Source: Verrucomicrobiota bacterium (GTDB lineage: Bacteria > Verrucomicrobiota > Verrucomicrobiia > Limisphaerales > CANJXF01). From it: DNA of 43,940 nt. The stretch is from the NCBI GenBank assembly GCA_038214755.1, contig JBBQRQ010000038.1, positions 1 through 43,940 on the forward strand, read 5' to 3'. How positions within the stretch are numbered: the first letter of the stretch is position 1; the number at the start of each line of letters is the position of its first letter. Positions 18,601 to 26,827 of this stretch are shown piece after piece. The notes under the pieces are model-generated. The model had not been told where the DNA came from. It saw nothing but the letters and a program-made list of their open reading frames with translations, and did no database searches. A program made the translations under genes and the position numbers.

Positions 18601-20680
18601 CGCCTTCCGCCGTGAACGCAAGTCCCCAGATGTTGCACGGGCCTTGCGAAGTGATTTCAAAATCGCTCCCGTCGGCGCGGAACTTCGCCATGCGCGTTTG
18701 ATCAAATTGTTTTTCCACGCCGCGGGTCGTGCGGACCTTGCTGTAGTTGAACGCGCCCTGTGCCATCCAAAGCCAGTTCCCCGGCGCGCGCGTGAATTGA
18801 TGCGGAAACAAATGCGAGTCCTGCACGCCAAAACCGCTGAGAATAATTTCTCGTTTATCCGCGAGACCGTCGCCGTCCGTGTCGCTGAGAAAAACGATTT
18901 CCGTTCCGTGCTGAACATAGACGCCGTTTTTGTAGGGAAGAATTCCCAGTGGAATCGCAAGTCCTTCGGCGAAGACGCGCGGCTTGGAGGAATAACCGGT
19001 CGGCGAACTCGCGTCGCGGTCGAACACGAGCACTTTGTCCTTCGCGCGACTGGCGTAGAGTTCCTGGGCGACAGCCGGATTCTCGTTCGCGTCCACCGGA
19101 TATTCCAGCGCGGTCATGCTCCACATCCGCCCGCGCGTGTCCCAATCTACCGTCACGAATTTGCCGATGCCTTCGGACTCGCTCGCCACCAGTTCGATCT
19201 CAAATCCCGGCGGCAAGACGAACGCATTCCTCTCTTCATCCGGCGTAAGAGGCGTGCCCCGCAAAATCTTTTTCGGCTCTGGTGCGCCTAAAAATTTCTT
19301 GCCGGGCGGTATGGGCGAAAGTTCTTCAATCACTCCGCTTGCGCCGGGAAGCGAGGATGGTTTTTCAAAATCCACCGGATCGCCAAATTGTTCGCGCGCT
19401 TCAAGGAGCAGCTTTTCCAGACGAGTTCTCTCATTCGAATATTTTGCAGACGAGGCGAGGTTGTTCAATTCATCGGGATCATTTTTCAGATCGAAAAGCT
19501 GCAGGTTCTTTACGCCGCTCGCGTTGTATTTAATTAGTTTCCAGCGCTCGTCGCGAATCATCCGCTGACAATCGCGGTAGGCGCCAAAAAGATATTCGCG
19601 CACTTTGTTTTTTTTGCCTTCGATGATCGGCGACAAACTTTTGCCTTCAACAATGTCCGGATTATTTGCGCCGCCGAAATCGCAAATCGTCGGGAAAAGA
19701 TCGTAGAGATAAACCAGCGCATCCGATTGGCCGTGCCGAATTCCCGGGCCGACGAAAATCAAGGGCGGCTTCACATGTTCGTAAAGATTTTGTTTGCCCA
19801 TCAAGCCGTGACGGCCTCCGACAGCGAGGCCTTGATCACTCGAAAAAATAATAATCGTGTTTCCGGCAAAACCGCGTTGCTTTAGCGTGTCGAGCACACG
19901 GCCGACTTCGTGATCCAAATGCGAAATGGTCGAGTAGTAATCCGCGAGATGTTGGCGCATCACTTCGGGCGTGCGCGGATGCGGCGCGAGGTCTTCGTCG
20001 CGCACGTGCAACTCGCCATTGTCGAACGGATGTTGCGGCATGAAATTTTTCGAGAGAGAAATTTTTGACGGATCGTAAAGTTGGGTGAATTCAGCGGGAG
20101 CCAATCGCGGGTCGTGCGGCACGGGCGGAGCGAGATAAATGAAAAATGGTTTTCCGCCGTCATGATTTTTCAGAAACTTAATCGTCTCGTCGGCGTGTTC
20201 CGTCGCGGAATTTGTCGTTCGCCCTTGCGTGGAAATATTGATGTCAAACGCAGAATTGCCGAACGTGCAACTGTTGCCCGCCTTGCCACAATGAAATGTC
20301 GCGTAACCCGCCTCCTTCATTAACGTTGGCAGGAGCGGCACCGCGGGCGGCGCGTTCGTCGCTCGCGGATTTGCCGGAATTTTCCAGAGGGAACGACCCG
20401 TGATCAGCATCGTGCGACTCGGCAGACAAACCGCGCCGTGCATCGATCCCATGCAATACGCGTTGTTGAAATGAAAACCTTTCTGGACGAGGCGATCAAG
20501 ATTGGGCGTTTTGATTTCTGAATTTCCGAGCGCATGAATCGTGTCCCAACGCTGGTCATCCGTCAGGATGAAAAGAATGTTGGGCTTGGACGTCGCCGCG
20601 CCAGCGGTCAGCGATGGTAAAAGAAAAACTCCGCAAATAAATAATGCGCCGATCCATCCGATTATTTTTTTAAACTTCAT
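15662..20680 (-). CDS. Fusion protein: sulfatase + PVC-type membrane-bound dehydrogenase propeller + HEAT repeats + LamG + c-type heme domain
   Basis: Signal peptide; PNILFILTDDQR, CLPSR, GLMGKQNLYEH; LPPGFEIELVASE, DTDGDGLAD, FRPV....GPDGCLYIVDWYNKIISHNE; LamG-like FTVETW, WNHFAVT, EFRVWN; CMSCH...GPVL and SLMPEGL. Confidence 0.9.
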   Translation of the reverse strand: MKFKKIIGWIGALFICGVFLLPSLTAGAATSKPNILFILTDDQRWDTIHALGNSEIKTPNLDRLVQKGFHFNNAYCMGSMHGAVCLPSRTMLITGRSLWKIPANPRATNAPPAVPLLPTLMKEAGYATFHCGKAGNSCTFGNSAFDINISTQGRTTNSATEHADETIKFLKNHDGGKPFFIYLAPPVPHDPRLAPAEFTQLYDPSKISLSKNFMPQHPFDNGELHVRDEDLAPHPRTPEVMRQHLADYYSTISHLDHEVGRVLDTLKQRGFAGNTIIIFSSDQGLAVGGRHGLMGKQNLYEHVKPPLIFVGPGIRHGQSDALVYLYDLFPTICDFGGANNPDIVEGKSLSPIIEGKKNKVREYLFGAYRDCQRMIRDERWKLIKYNASGVKNLQLFDLKNDPDELNNLASSAKYSNERTRLEKLLLEAREQFGDPVDFEKPSSLPGASGVIEELSPIPPGKKFLGAPEPKKILRGTPLTPDEERNAFVLPPGFEIELVASESEGIGKFVTVDWDTRGRMWSMTALEYPVDANENPAVAQELYASRAKDKVLVFDRDASSPTGYSSKPRVFAEGLAIPLGILPYKNGVYVQHGTEIVFLSDTDGDGLADKREIILSGFGVQDSHLFPHQFTRAPGNWLWMAQGAFNYSKVRTTRGVEKQFDQTRMAKFRADGSDFEITSQGPCNIWGLAFTAEGECWIQEANDFGYPAMPFHEYANYPGCSGGQWKSYAPEFPGTAPDFQMGGTGLSGLALSDARGAWPEPYADVMYVANPITRKIQALKILRDGPRYELQKLPDFIQSSDEMFRPVSIHFGPDGCLYIVDWYNKIISHNEVPRNHPDRDKKRGRIWRVKHREQKPFDVPDFTKGSGDKLLAKLGDESQAQHHLAWQAITDRQLTNLAPDLRKILGDKSQSAARRIGALWALEGLQQLDATLLKPLFTDTNRNVRREAMRACGEAGLPPGELFYQSPLTHDPEPEVRAEVIRVTGRYLANGGAKNTIEMQGAIRILVNVMDLAPLDGPLGKSTFNGKLIKVREAYERDYERYLARLFLEQQPKLVEEFLQFDSQGRPLENSILATLALEPKVSATRLAEWLPKLYRVPEPEEVLRLAQFPEQPGVADALKAIFKNSGTREATLEALLKVRRDFDATKLAPLLADTAKILWADDASARLLSIRLTSSFKLSAMEELIDDALLAGNSQLSDDAIILALRAMRELGGNQIEGILTHLQSPRMEVADEAVAALASSRNQVAAQILFNKFWSDLSAAQRRSALSLLSGAKQGASGIMQAVASGALPKSDLDVTTLEKLHAVLGDDSQLAALLRERALTIRPVLRLDGGKESYADANLTLAGAFTVETWLKLDPNISNEDGILGVPGGVDFNFAGGLFRIYCGPQIGDRLISKKIIVPDVWNHFAVTRDGSGVFHLYLNGELDATDTRAVTNTFAGLGIGRTTPPARDTAGWLTEFRVWNRPRTAEEIRADFDCSFEGEVTPSGLQYYFTGTNWPPLKGSARVAGTADFPPLLNPAEAKAMAEKLSKFRALAGQSGNANQGQKLFATLCMSCHAVAGKGGQVGPVLNGAGANGIEALLRNVLTPNAAMESGYRIFRVELNDGDLLDGFLVSQDKEAIVLRRPNVEDTRLEMKEVRRAEFTKRSLMPEGLLEGMQPRDVTDLLTYLQTLK

Positions 20681-20693
20681 TCAATGACGACGT

Positions 20694-20848
20694 GGGTAGC
20701 ATCTGCCTCCGGCGGGTGCGAAACCATTTCGATGTTCAGCGTTGGATGTTGGATGTTAATTCTCTTCCAAACATTGAACATCCACCACTGAACATCGAAC
20801 ATCGAATTGCGGAAATCTTTTCGCACCCGTCGAAGGCAGATGCTACCC
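20694..20848. repeat. GTAG-type REP doublet enclosing an inverted 7-bp microsatellite
   Basis: 30-bp IR at 20694-20723/20819-20848 with 2 mismatches; inner IR of GATGTT(G/C)-type units at 20728-20757/20770-20799. Confidence 0.85.
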
Positions 20849-20864
20849 GCCGGTCTCCCAGATT

Positions 20865-23099
20865 TCATCGTGGATTCCGATAAAACGGGTGATCTGATCG
20901 CAGACCAATGCTCGACATTTCAACCGGCTGGAAACCGAGTTTCAAGGCCGGCGATTCCGGCTTAAGACGTAAATCGCCTTTGTCGAAATTTACAAAAAGC
21001 GGATCGACGGACAGGCTGTGAGTCTCGACGCCAAATGGTTGTTCCTTCTCCAAATGCGTTTGACCCCATGCGCTGTCTTCAAAACAGAAATAAATATTCT
21101 GGTCGGCTTGGCAATCCCGCAAGCGCGGTTCACCTCCAGCGCCATAGCGGCGATCTTGGATCATGGCCGGATAATCTTTGCGGCGGGACACGATGATATT
21201 GCGCTCGATGCGGGAACCGGCGACGGGATTGACTTCCAGACCGATGTAACCGCGAACGACTCGCTCCGGACGAATCGGACGCCTGCTGGGAAGCATGTCA
21301 GCGATGATGTTGTTGACGATGTGGTTGACGCCCTTGCTGCAAATTCCCTGTCCGATGCAGCGCGTGCGATAAATGAAATTTCCCTCAATGATGGTTTCGT
21401 TTTGATCGTCATCACAACGGATGCCGTCCGCCATTCCGTCGCTATCACAATCGTGAATGTAATTTTGCCGAATCAAATTTTCCCGACCAGTTCCTGAAAT
21501 ATAAATTCCGTCGCCGTCTCCCATCACTTCCATGACGTGATGAATATCGTTGCGCTCCACCACATTTTTTCTCGCGTGCATGAACGGTTCGCGCTCCTGC
21601 CAGGTCATTGATTTTGGAAGGTTTTTCAATTCTGTCCATCTGACGGTGCGATCGCTCTCGGGCTTGGCGGAATTCCATCCCGCGCGCGTGCTGACCGTGA
21701 TGCCGCCGTAAGGAGCGTTGTGAACTAAATTGTTTATGACCCGATTTTCTCCGCTCTGCCAAATCATAATTGCGGGTGAGGCCCAATAAATTTCGCCGAT
21801 GTGATGAACCCAATTATTGCTCACCACGTTTTGACGATTCACGTCTTTCGTCCCCGGGCCGTAGCCAGCGAGAAGAATTCCAACGCCGCCGATGTGGCTG
21901 ATCTCGTTGTCCACAACCTGATTGTTTTGGCAGTGCAAATCCAGCCGAATGCCGGCCCCGCTGCTCGCGGTGAACCGACATGCCTGCACCGCGCATTCCT
22001 CGGCTCCGCGAAAACGGAGGGCGGCCGTGGGGCGATCAAACATTTCCCAGTGATGTTGCAAACCCCAGCCGGTTTCCCCGTGCCATTGATAACGCTCGGC
22101 GTGTGTGAACGTCAGCCCGCGAAAAATCAGACCTCGCACCGGTTCGTCTTTTGCTCCGTCGTAATCAATTTTTCCCTCGACGCGAATCAGTTCAGTGAGT
22201 TTTGGCGCGACAATATTTTTGCCGGGTCGTTTGCCGCGCGGCCAAAGATAAATTTTTCGTTCGCCGGAATTGACCACCCATTCGCCGGGCTGATCGAGCA
22301 CTGCCAAAACGTTTTCAACCCACGCGCTGACCGGAACAAATTTCACCTTGCCGATGGACCGCGACGCCGGAGCCGCCATCGTCGCAACGCCTGATTTCTC
22401 ATCGAGAGAAGCGAATGGCAAAATACTCATCTCATAATCCGCGGTGGGAATGACGAGAAGCTCGCCCTCTTTCAGGTCAGGCCAATTGCGAATTGCGCCA
22501 GACGGAAATGTAATTTTATCGGCGGAAGGTTTGTTGGTGGAATCCGCAGGCGCGAATCCTTCGCCTCTGGCTCGCGGCAAGCGTTCATTGCCGTCGTACA
22601 ATGTAAAAAATTTCTCCAACTCTTTTGGCAGATCGGCAATCCACACTTTGTCTCGCGCTGCCGCAGGCAGGTTCGCTGGATTTGTTTTCAGTTTTTCCCA
22701 ATTTCGAATCGGCACGCCGGAACTGACGACAGGTTTTTCGTCAGCGTAGGCCGCATAAGTGATTGACCCATCCTTCGGCGCAGAATCGGCGAGTGAGAAA
22801 ACCAGCGTTTCGCCCCGGCGATAAATTCCTCCGCGAATTTTGACGACGAAGTTTTTCTTTGCCCGATTTTTTTTCAAGTCACGAACTGCATCCCGCGCCC
22901 TGGCCAGCGTTGCAAAAGGTCCATCGGATTTCGCGTCGTTCGCTACAGCCAATTGTCCCGACCAATTGTCATTGCCATTCGTGGCAACGTAGAAATCCGC
23001 TGCGGCGGATAATGTCGCGCCGCAAGCTCTCGGGGCGACGCAGAAAAAAATGAGAACCAGGGTGAGAGCACGATAAAATAATACAGCCGGCATCAGCAC
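20865..23099 (-). CDS. Exported right-handed parallel beta-helix protein (GH141-like glycoside hydrolase)
   Basis: Signal peptide; DFYVATNGND.WSG...DGPFATLARARDAVR; PGEW; repeated N.I.H strands; DGDGIY. Confidence 0.8.
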   Translation of the reverse strand: MLMPAVLFYRALTLVLIFFCVAPRACGATLSAAADFYVATNGNDNWSGQLAVANDAKSDGPFATLARARDAVRDLKKNRAKKNFVVKIRGGIYRRGETLVFSLADSAPKDGSITYAAYADEKPVVSSGVPIRNWEKLKTNPANLPAAARDKVWIADLPKELEKFFTLYDGNERLPRARGEGFAPADSTNKPSADKITFPSGAIRNWPDLKEGELLVIPTADYEMSILPFASLDEKSGVATMAAPASRSIGKVKFVPVSAWVENVLAVLDQPGEWVVNSGERKIYLWPRGKRPGKNIVAPKLTELIRVEGKIDYDGAKDEPVRGLIFRGLTFTHAERYQWHGETGWGLQHHWEMFDRPTAALRFRGAEECAVQACRFTASSGAGIRLDLHCQNNQVVDNEISHIGGVGILLAGYGPGTKDVNRQNVVSNNWVHHIGEIYWASPAIMIWQSGENRVINNLVHNAPYGGITVSTRAGWNSAKPESDRTVRWTELKNLPKSMTWQEREPFMHARKNVVERNDIHHVMEVMGDGDGIYISGTGRENLIRQNYIHDCDSDGMADGIRCDDDQNETIIEGNFIYRTRCIGQGICSKGVNHIVNNIIADMLPSRRPIRPERVVRGYIGLEVNPVAGSRIERNIIVSRRKDYPAMIQDRRYGAGGEPRLRDCQADQNIYFCFEDSAWGQTHLEKEQPFGVETHSLSVDPLFVNFDKGDLRLKPESPALKLGFQPVEMSSIGLRSDHPFYRNPR

Positions 23100-23202
23100 G
23101 TTTTAGAACGCGGCTAATTCTTTTGCACCTCAATTTCGCAGCGGTGGATTCCCGGAATTCCGGAATCTTGTCAAAACAACAAAGAAAGCTATTCTCACAA
23201 TC

Positions 23203-23550
23203 ATGATCCTGGAAATCTCCGATCTCGACATTATCAAAGACAACGCTTTGAAAAAATTTGAAGAACGTGTGTCCGGCGCGGGCGACGATTGCCAAAAAAT
23301 GGAACGTGAAGCGGCGAAACTGGAATCGCAATTGGAACAGCTTTTTTCGTTCACTGCGGTCATGGCGCGTCGGGAATCTGATGTCGCCAAAACCGCGGAG
23401 CTTTGGACCAGCCTGGTTAAAACGTGTGATGTTTTCGCCGGGAAAGTTTTCCAGCTTTCGCAGCAGTTTTCATTGGGCACATCTGCCTATGACAACATTC
23501 TCGACATTCGTAGTTCCGCGGAAGAAATGCGCGCGCTGCACAGTCGATGA
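23203..23550 (+). CDS. Hypothetical helical protein
   Basis: 115-aa ATG ORF with natural composition filling the intergenic space ahead of the TA cluster. Confidence 0.6.
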   Translation: MILEISDLDIIKDNALKKFEERVSGAGDDCQKMEREAAKLESQLEQLFSFTAVMARRESDVAKTAELWTSLVKTCDVFAGKVFQLSQQFSLGTSAYDNILDIRSSAEEMRALHSR

Positions 23551-23650
23551 TTGATGCGAGAGAAATCTGCTTTTGAGAAATTCGACCGCGATGGTTCCAT
23601 GTGATTTGCAAACTGTTTTGTTTTTCGATTCGCAATGATAAACTTTGACC

Positions 23651-23842
23651 ATGAGCGCAACAGAAATTATCCAACAAATCGAATCTCTGCCGGAGGACGA
23701 GCTTGATAAAGTATTTGCCAGCCTGATCGAAAATGAAGGATGGCGTGAAGACCTGCTCGACTTGCTGACGATCGAAGCGCGGCGCAACGAGCCTTCTGAA
23801 CCGATGGAGGATGTTTTCAAAGAACTCGGCATCCAGGCATGA
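23651..23842 (+). CDS. Putative antitoxin (addiction-module type)
   Basis: MSATEIIQQIESLP...EDLLD...EDVFKELGI; acidic; ATGA overlap with the downstream RelE gene. Confidence 0.75.
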   Translation: MSATEIIQQIESLPEDELDKVFASLIENEGWREDLLDLLTIEARRNEPSEPMEDVFKELGIQA

Positions 23843-24093
23843 ATTGGACGATCTTTTTAAAGCGTTCCGCGAAAAAGGAATTGGCGGCCATCTCTTCTCA
23901 AATGCAACTTCAGATCGCAAAAGCGATTCGCGCTTTGGAAATTGAACCATTTCCGGCTTCATCAAAAAAATTGAAAGGCCGTGATGAATTTCGCCTTCGG
24001 GTTGGTGATTATCGAATCCTTTATACCGTTGATTACGCCAGTCGAACTTTGAGCATCGCTGCCATTGGGCATCGCCGAGAGATTTACCGCTAA
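23839..24093 (+). CDS. relE: RelE/ParE-family toxin
   Basis: SAKKEL...P.P.SSKKLKG...FRLRVGDYRILY...IGHRREIYR. Confidence 0.92.
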   Translation: MNWTIFLKRSAKKELAAISSQMQLQIAKAIRALEIEPFPASSKKLKGRDEFRLRVGDYRILYTVDYASRTLSIAAIGHRREIYR

Positions 24094-24146
24094 AAATTAA
24101 AAAACATGAGCCGATTATAATTCGACGACTCTCAAACTTTTCCAAT

Positions 24147-24458
24147 ATGAGTGAGGAAAAAGAAATTTCGCAAAACGAAAAGGAAATGGCTCTGCGAGAA
24201 ACCGCACTGGCGTATCGCGTGGGCGCAGGCGAATTCTCCGTCGAGGACGAAGACGAAGGTTGGATTCAATTTCGCGATCAATGCCGCCGACAAATGGAGC
24301 GCTCCATCGACAACCGAATCAAATACGGGTTTTGCAAAATGTATAAGCCGGTGCTCGACGATGCGCCGTGGCGCGCTTTCAAAACGATGGCCGAGTATCG
24401 CCAATGGTGCGAAGACAACCTGCCGGAATATCTCGGATTCAAACGAACACTCCGATGA
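24147..24458 (+). CDS. Hypothetical protein coupled to a nucleotidyltransferase (putative TA partner)
   Basis: 103-aa ORF; its TGA overlaps ATG 24455 (ATGA). Confidence 0.65.
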   Translation: MSEEKEISQNEKEMALRETALAYRVGAGEFSVEDEDEGWIQFRDQCRRQMERSIDNRIKYGFCKMYKPVLDDAPWRAFKTMAEYRQWCEDNLPEYLGFKRTLR

Positions 24459-24979
24459 CGCCGCAATTTCAACCAGAACAGGCGCGGAAAATCGCCGAAG
24501 CTTTTGCGGAGGCGGGCGTCGATTATTTATTCATCGGCAAAAGTGCGGCGGTGTTGATGGGTTATCCCGCCGTCACACAGGATGTGGATGTTTTTGCCCC
24601 GCGCTCTCCCGAAAATTGCAAACGTATCATCAAAGCGCTCCGCAAAATTGAATTTGAAATCCCCGCGCCATTGGAACAATCCCTTTTGCGCGGCGACGAT
24701 TTTGTGCAAATCAAATCCGGGCCTTTCGATCTGGATATTATTTTTGCGCCTGATGGGATCGCCAGTTTCGCCGAAGCAAAAAGTCGCTCCATCGTTCTCG
24801 ACGGTTTTCATTTGGCGAATTTGCGAGACATTATCGCCAGCAAACGGGCCAGTGGCCGCGACAAGGATTTGATTGATCTCAGTTATCTCGAACGCTTCCG
24901 CCAGGAATATGAAAAGAAAAATCCGCAGCCGCTTAAATCCGCCGCGGACATTGTCGCGGAACGCAGTCCCAAAAACTAA
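24455..24979 (+). CDS. Pol-beta superfamily nucleotidyltransferase (DUF6036/AbiEii-like)
   Basis: YLFIGKSAAVLMG...TQDVDVF, LDII, IIASKRASGRDKDLIDL. Confidence 0.8.
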   Translation: MTPQFQPEQARKIAEAFAEAGVDYLFIGKSAAVLMGYPAVTQDVDVFAPRSPENCKRIIKALRKIEFEIPAPLEQSLLRGDDFVQIKSGPFDLDIIFAPDGIASFAEAKSRSIVLDGFHLANLRDIIASKRASGRDKDLIDLSYLERFRQEYEKKNPQPLKSAADIVAERSPKN

Positions 24980-25094
24980 TTCGGAAGCAGACCAATGATT
25001 CCCAAGGGCGGTCCGAACAGTTAGAAATCTTTCATCGTCGGCGACGTCGATCCTGCTAATCGACTTTCGACGGCAGTTCTCATGGGCGAAACGC

Positions 25095-26438
25095 TCAGGC
25101 AATCTGCGGAACTTCAAAACCTTTTCGGTATTCGCGCTTGAGATATTTGTTGGCTTCGTTGTCCGTGAATTGTTCGGTCTTCGGATTAAATTCCAACATG
25201 CGAGCGAGCCGATACGAAAGATTTCCGAGGTGACAATGCACGCTAGAATTGTGGGCATCGAGAGTGGAGACAGCCATGTCTTCCGTTTTGCGCGAACGAA
25301 TCGCTTTGAAAAAATGTTCCCACTTGCTGAGTTTTTCCATCTTGGGCGCAGAGTCGGGAACGGGAATCGGGTCGTGTTCAACCGTCTTGTCTTTTTTGTT
25401 TTCCTTGTAACTAAAAAAACCTTTTTCCCAAACGTAAAAACCTTTCGTGCCGAAGAAACTGTTGCCGCAATTGCCCGCCTGCGCCTCTGGAAATGAACCG
25501 AGATTGCGCACTTCAAAAGTCATGATCGATCCGTCGGCGTAGGTGAAGGTGGTGGCTTGCGTGTTCGGTGTTTGGCCGTCGTCGTCCAAACCAAAACGGC
25601 CACCCGCGCTGAACACTCTCACCGGTAATCCGCGATTGTGCCCCCAACACGCAACGTCCATTTGATGAACGCCTTGATTGCCGATTTCGCCATTGCCGTA
25701 GTCCCAAAAATAATGCCAATCGTAATGGACAAAAAGTCCCGGCTTCTTGCGATCCACGTTGAGAAGAAATTCGCGTTCGCGCGCCGGGCCTTGCCACAAA
25801 TTCCAATCGAGATTTTCGGGAACCGCGCCCGGTTTGCCGTGGCCGATCGAGCCACGATTTCCATTTTTGTAAACGTATCCGCGCGACTCGACAATTTTTC
25901 CAATGAAGCCGTTGTGCATCAATTTCATGTCGCGAATCGTCGTGGCGTTGGAACGATTCTGCGTGCCGTGATGGACGATGCGTTTGTATTTTTCCGCGGC
26001 AGCGACGACTTGCCGACCCTCGTAAATATTATGCGACATCGGTTTCTCGACATAAACATCCTTGCCCGCCTGACATGCCCAAACCGACGCGAGCGAATGC
26101 CAGTGGTTCGGCGTGGCGATGGTGACGGCGTCGATATTTTTATCCTCCATCACCTGGCGGAGATCTTTGTACAACTTCGGCTTCTTACCTTGCGCGCTTT
26201 CCACCGTTTTTGCGCCGCGTTCCAAAACATTGGAATCGACGTCACAGAGCGCGACATACTCCACTTCATCTTTCATATCGAGTATGTCTTTGATGTGCGA
26301 GCCGCCTTGCCCATTGAAGCCAATGGTGCAAACACGAATGCGGTTATTCGCGCCAAATACTTTTCCGCTCGCGATTGTCCCCGCAACGATCACGGCGGCG
26401 GTGGTTTTTCCTAAAAATTTTCTACGAGTAATTTGCAT
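25095..26438 (-). CDS. Tat-exported Gfo/Idh/MocA oxidoreductase
   Basis: TRRKFL Tat motif; IDAVTIATPNHWH; GKDVYVEKP; GTQNRS; NQGVHQMD. Confidence 0.93.
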   Translation of the reverse strand: MQITRRKFLGKTTAAVIVAGTIASGKVFGANNRIRVCTIGFNGQGGSHIKDILDMKDEVEYVALCDVDSNVLERGAKTVESAQGKKPKLYKDLRQVMEDKNIDAVTIATPNHWHSLASVWACQAGKDVYVEKPMSHNIYEGRQVVAAAEKYKRIVHHGTQNRSNATTIRDMKLMHNGFIGKIVESRGYVYKNGNRGSIGHGKPGAVPENLDWNLWQGPAREREFLLNVDRKKPGLFVHYDWHYFWDYGNGEIGNQGVHQMDVACWGHNRGLPVRVFSAGGRFGLDDDGQTPNTQATTFTYADGSIMTFEVRNLGSFPEAQAGNCGNSFFGTKGFYVWEKGFFSYKENKKDKTVEHDPIPVPDSAPKMEKLSKWEHFFKAIRSRKTEDMAVSTLDAHNSSVHCHLGNLSYRLARMLEFNPKTEQFTDNEANKYLKREYRKGFEVPQIA

Positions 26439-26487
26439 AATGAATTATTCAGACGCGGTTGAAGGTAGCGGAGGTTTCCATAACTTT

Positions 26488-26512
26488 GGTAGCACCGACT
26501 TCCAAATCGGCC
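26488..26512. repeat. Single GTAG-type REP
   Basis: GGTAGCACCGACTTCCAAATCGGCC: GTAG followed by a CCGA/TCGG hairpin. Confidence 0.5.
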
Positions 26513-26520
26513 AATTTTTC

Positions 26521-26640
26521 TAAAATCAATTCCATGTAAACGACATCAAGCCAGCGACCGAACTTGAACCCGACCTCTTTAAAGTGGCCGACCTTCTCGA
26601 AGTGAAACTTCGCGTGCAACGCCACGCGGGCGGGCTGGTT
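26521..26640 (-). pseudogene. C-terminal fragment of a GNAT acetyltransferase (phosphinothricin acetyltransferase/YncA-like)
   Basis: Manual translation NQPARVALHAKFHFEKVGHFKEVGFKFGRWLDVVYMELIL; an in-frame TAG lies immediately upstream and the N-terminal part is absent. Confidence 0.8.
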
Positions 26641-26770
26641 CTACCCGGCAATCGAGCTCGGCGATTTGTTCCAGTGTGAGTTCGCCGTCAAAGTCCTCCA
26701 CAACTTCGCGTATTTTCTTGAAAGCTTCGTGTTGTCCCTCAAACGGAAGCTGGCAAACTGTTCAACGACT
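26641..26770 (-). pseudogene. Frameshifted remnant of an addiction-module antitoxin-like gene
   Basis: Manual translation VEQF/(shift)/QLPFEGQHEAFKKIREVVEDFDGELTLEQIAELDCR resembles the LT.EQ..ELDRR motif. Confidence 0.5.
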
Positions 26771-26827
26771 CACGTCCAAACTTTATTCCTTCAATTTGTC
26801 CTTCGCAATTCGTAAGTTTCTATTCCC

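Noticed and set aside
17954..19291. Long antisense ORFs (e.g. 445 aa here, 331 aa at 13793, 325 aa at 30103)
   Set aside because: Shadow frames opposite well-supported genes in GC-rich DNA, with no motifs.
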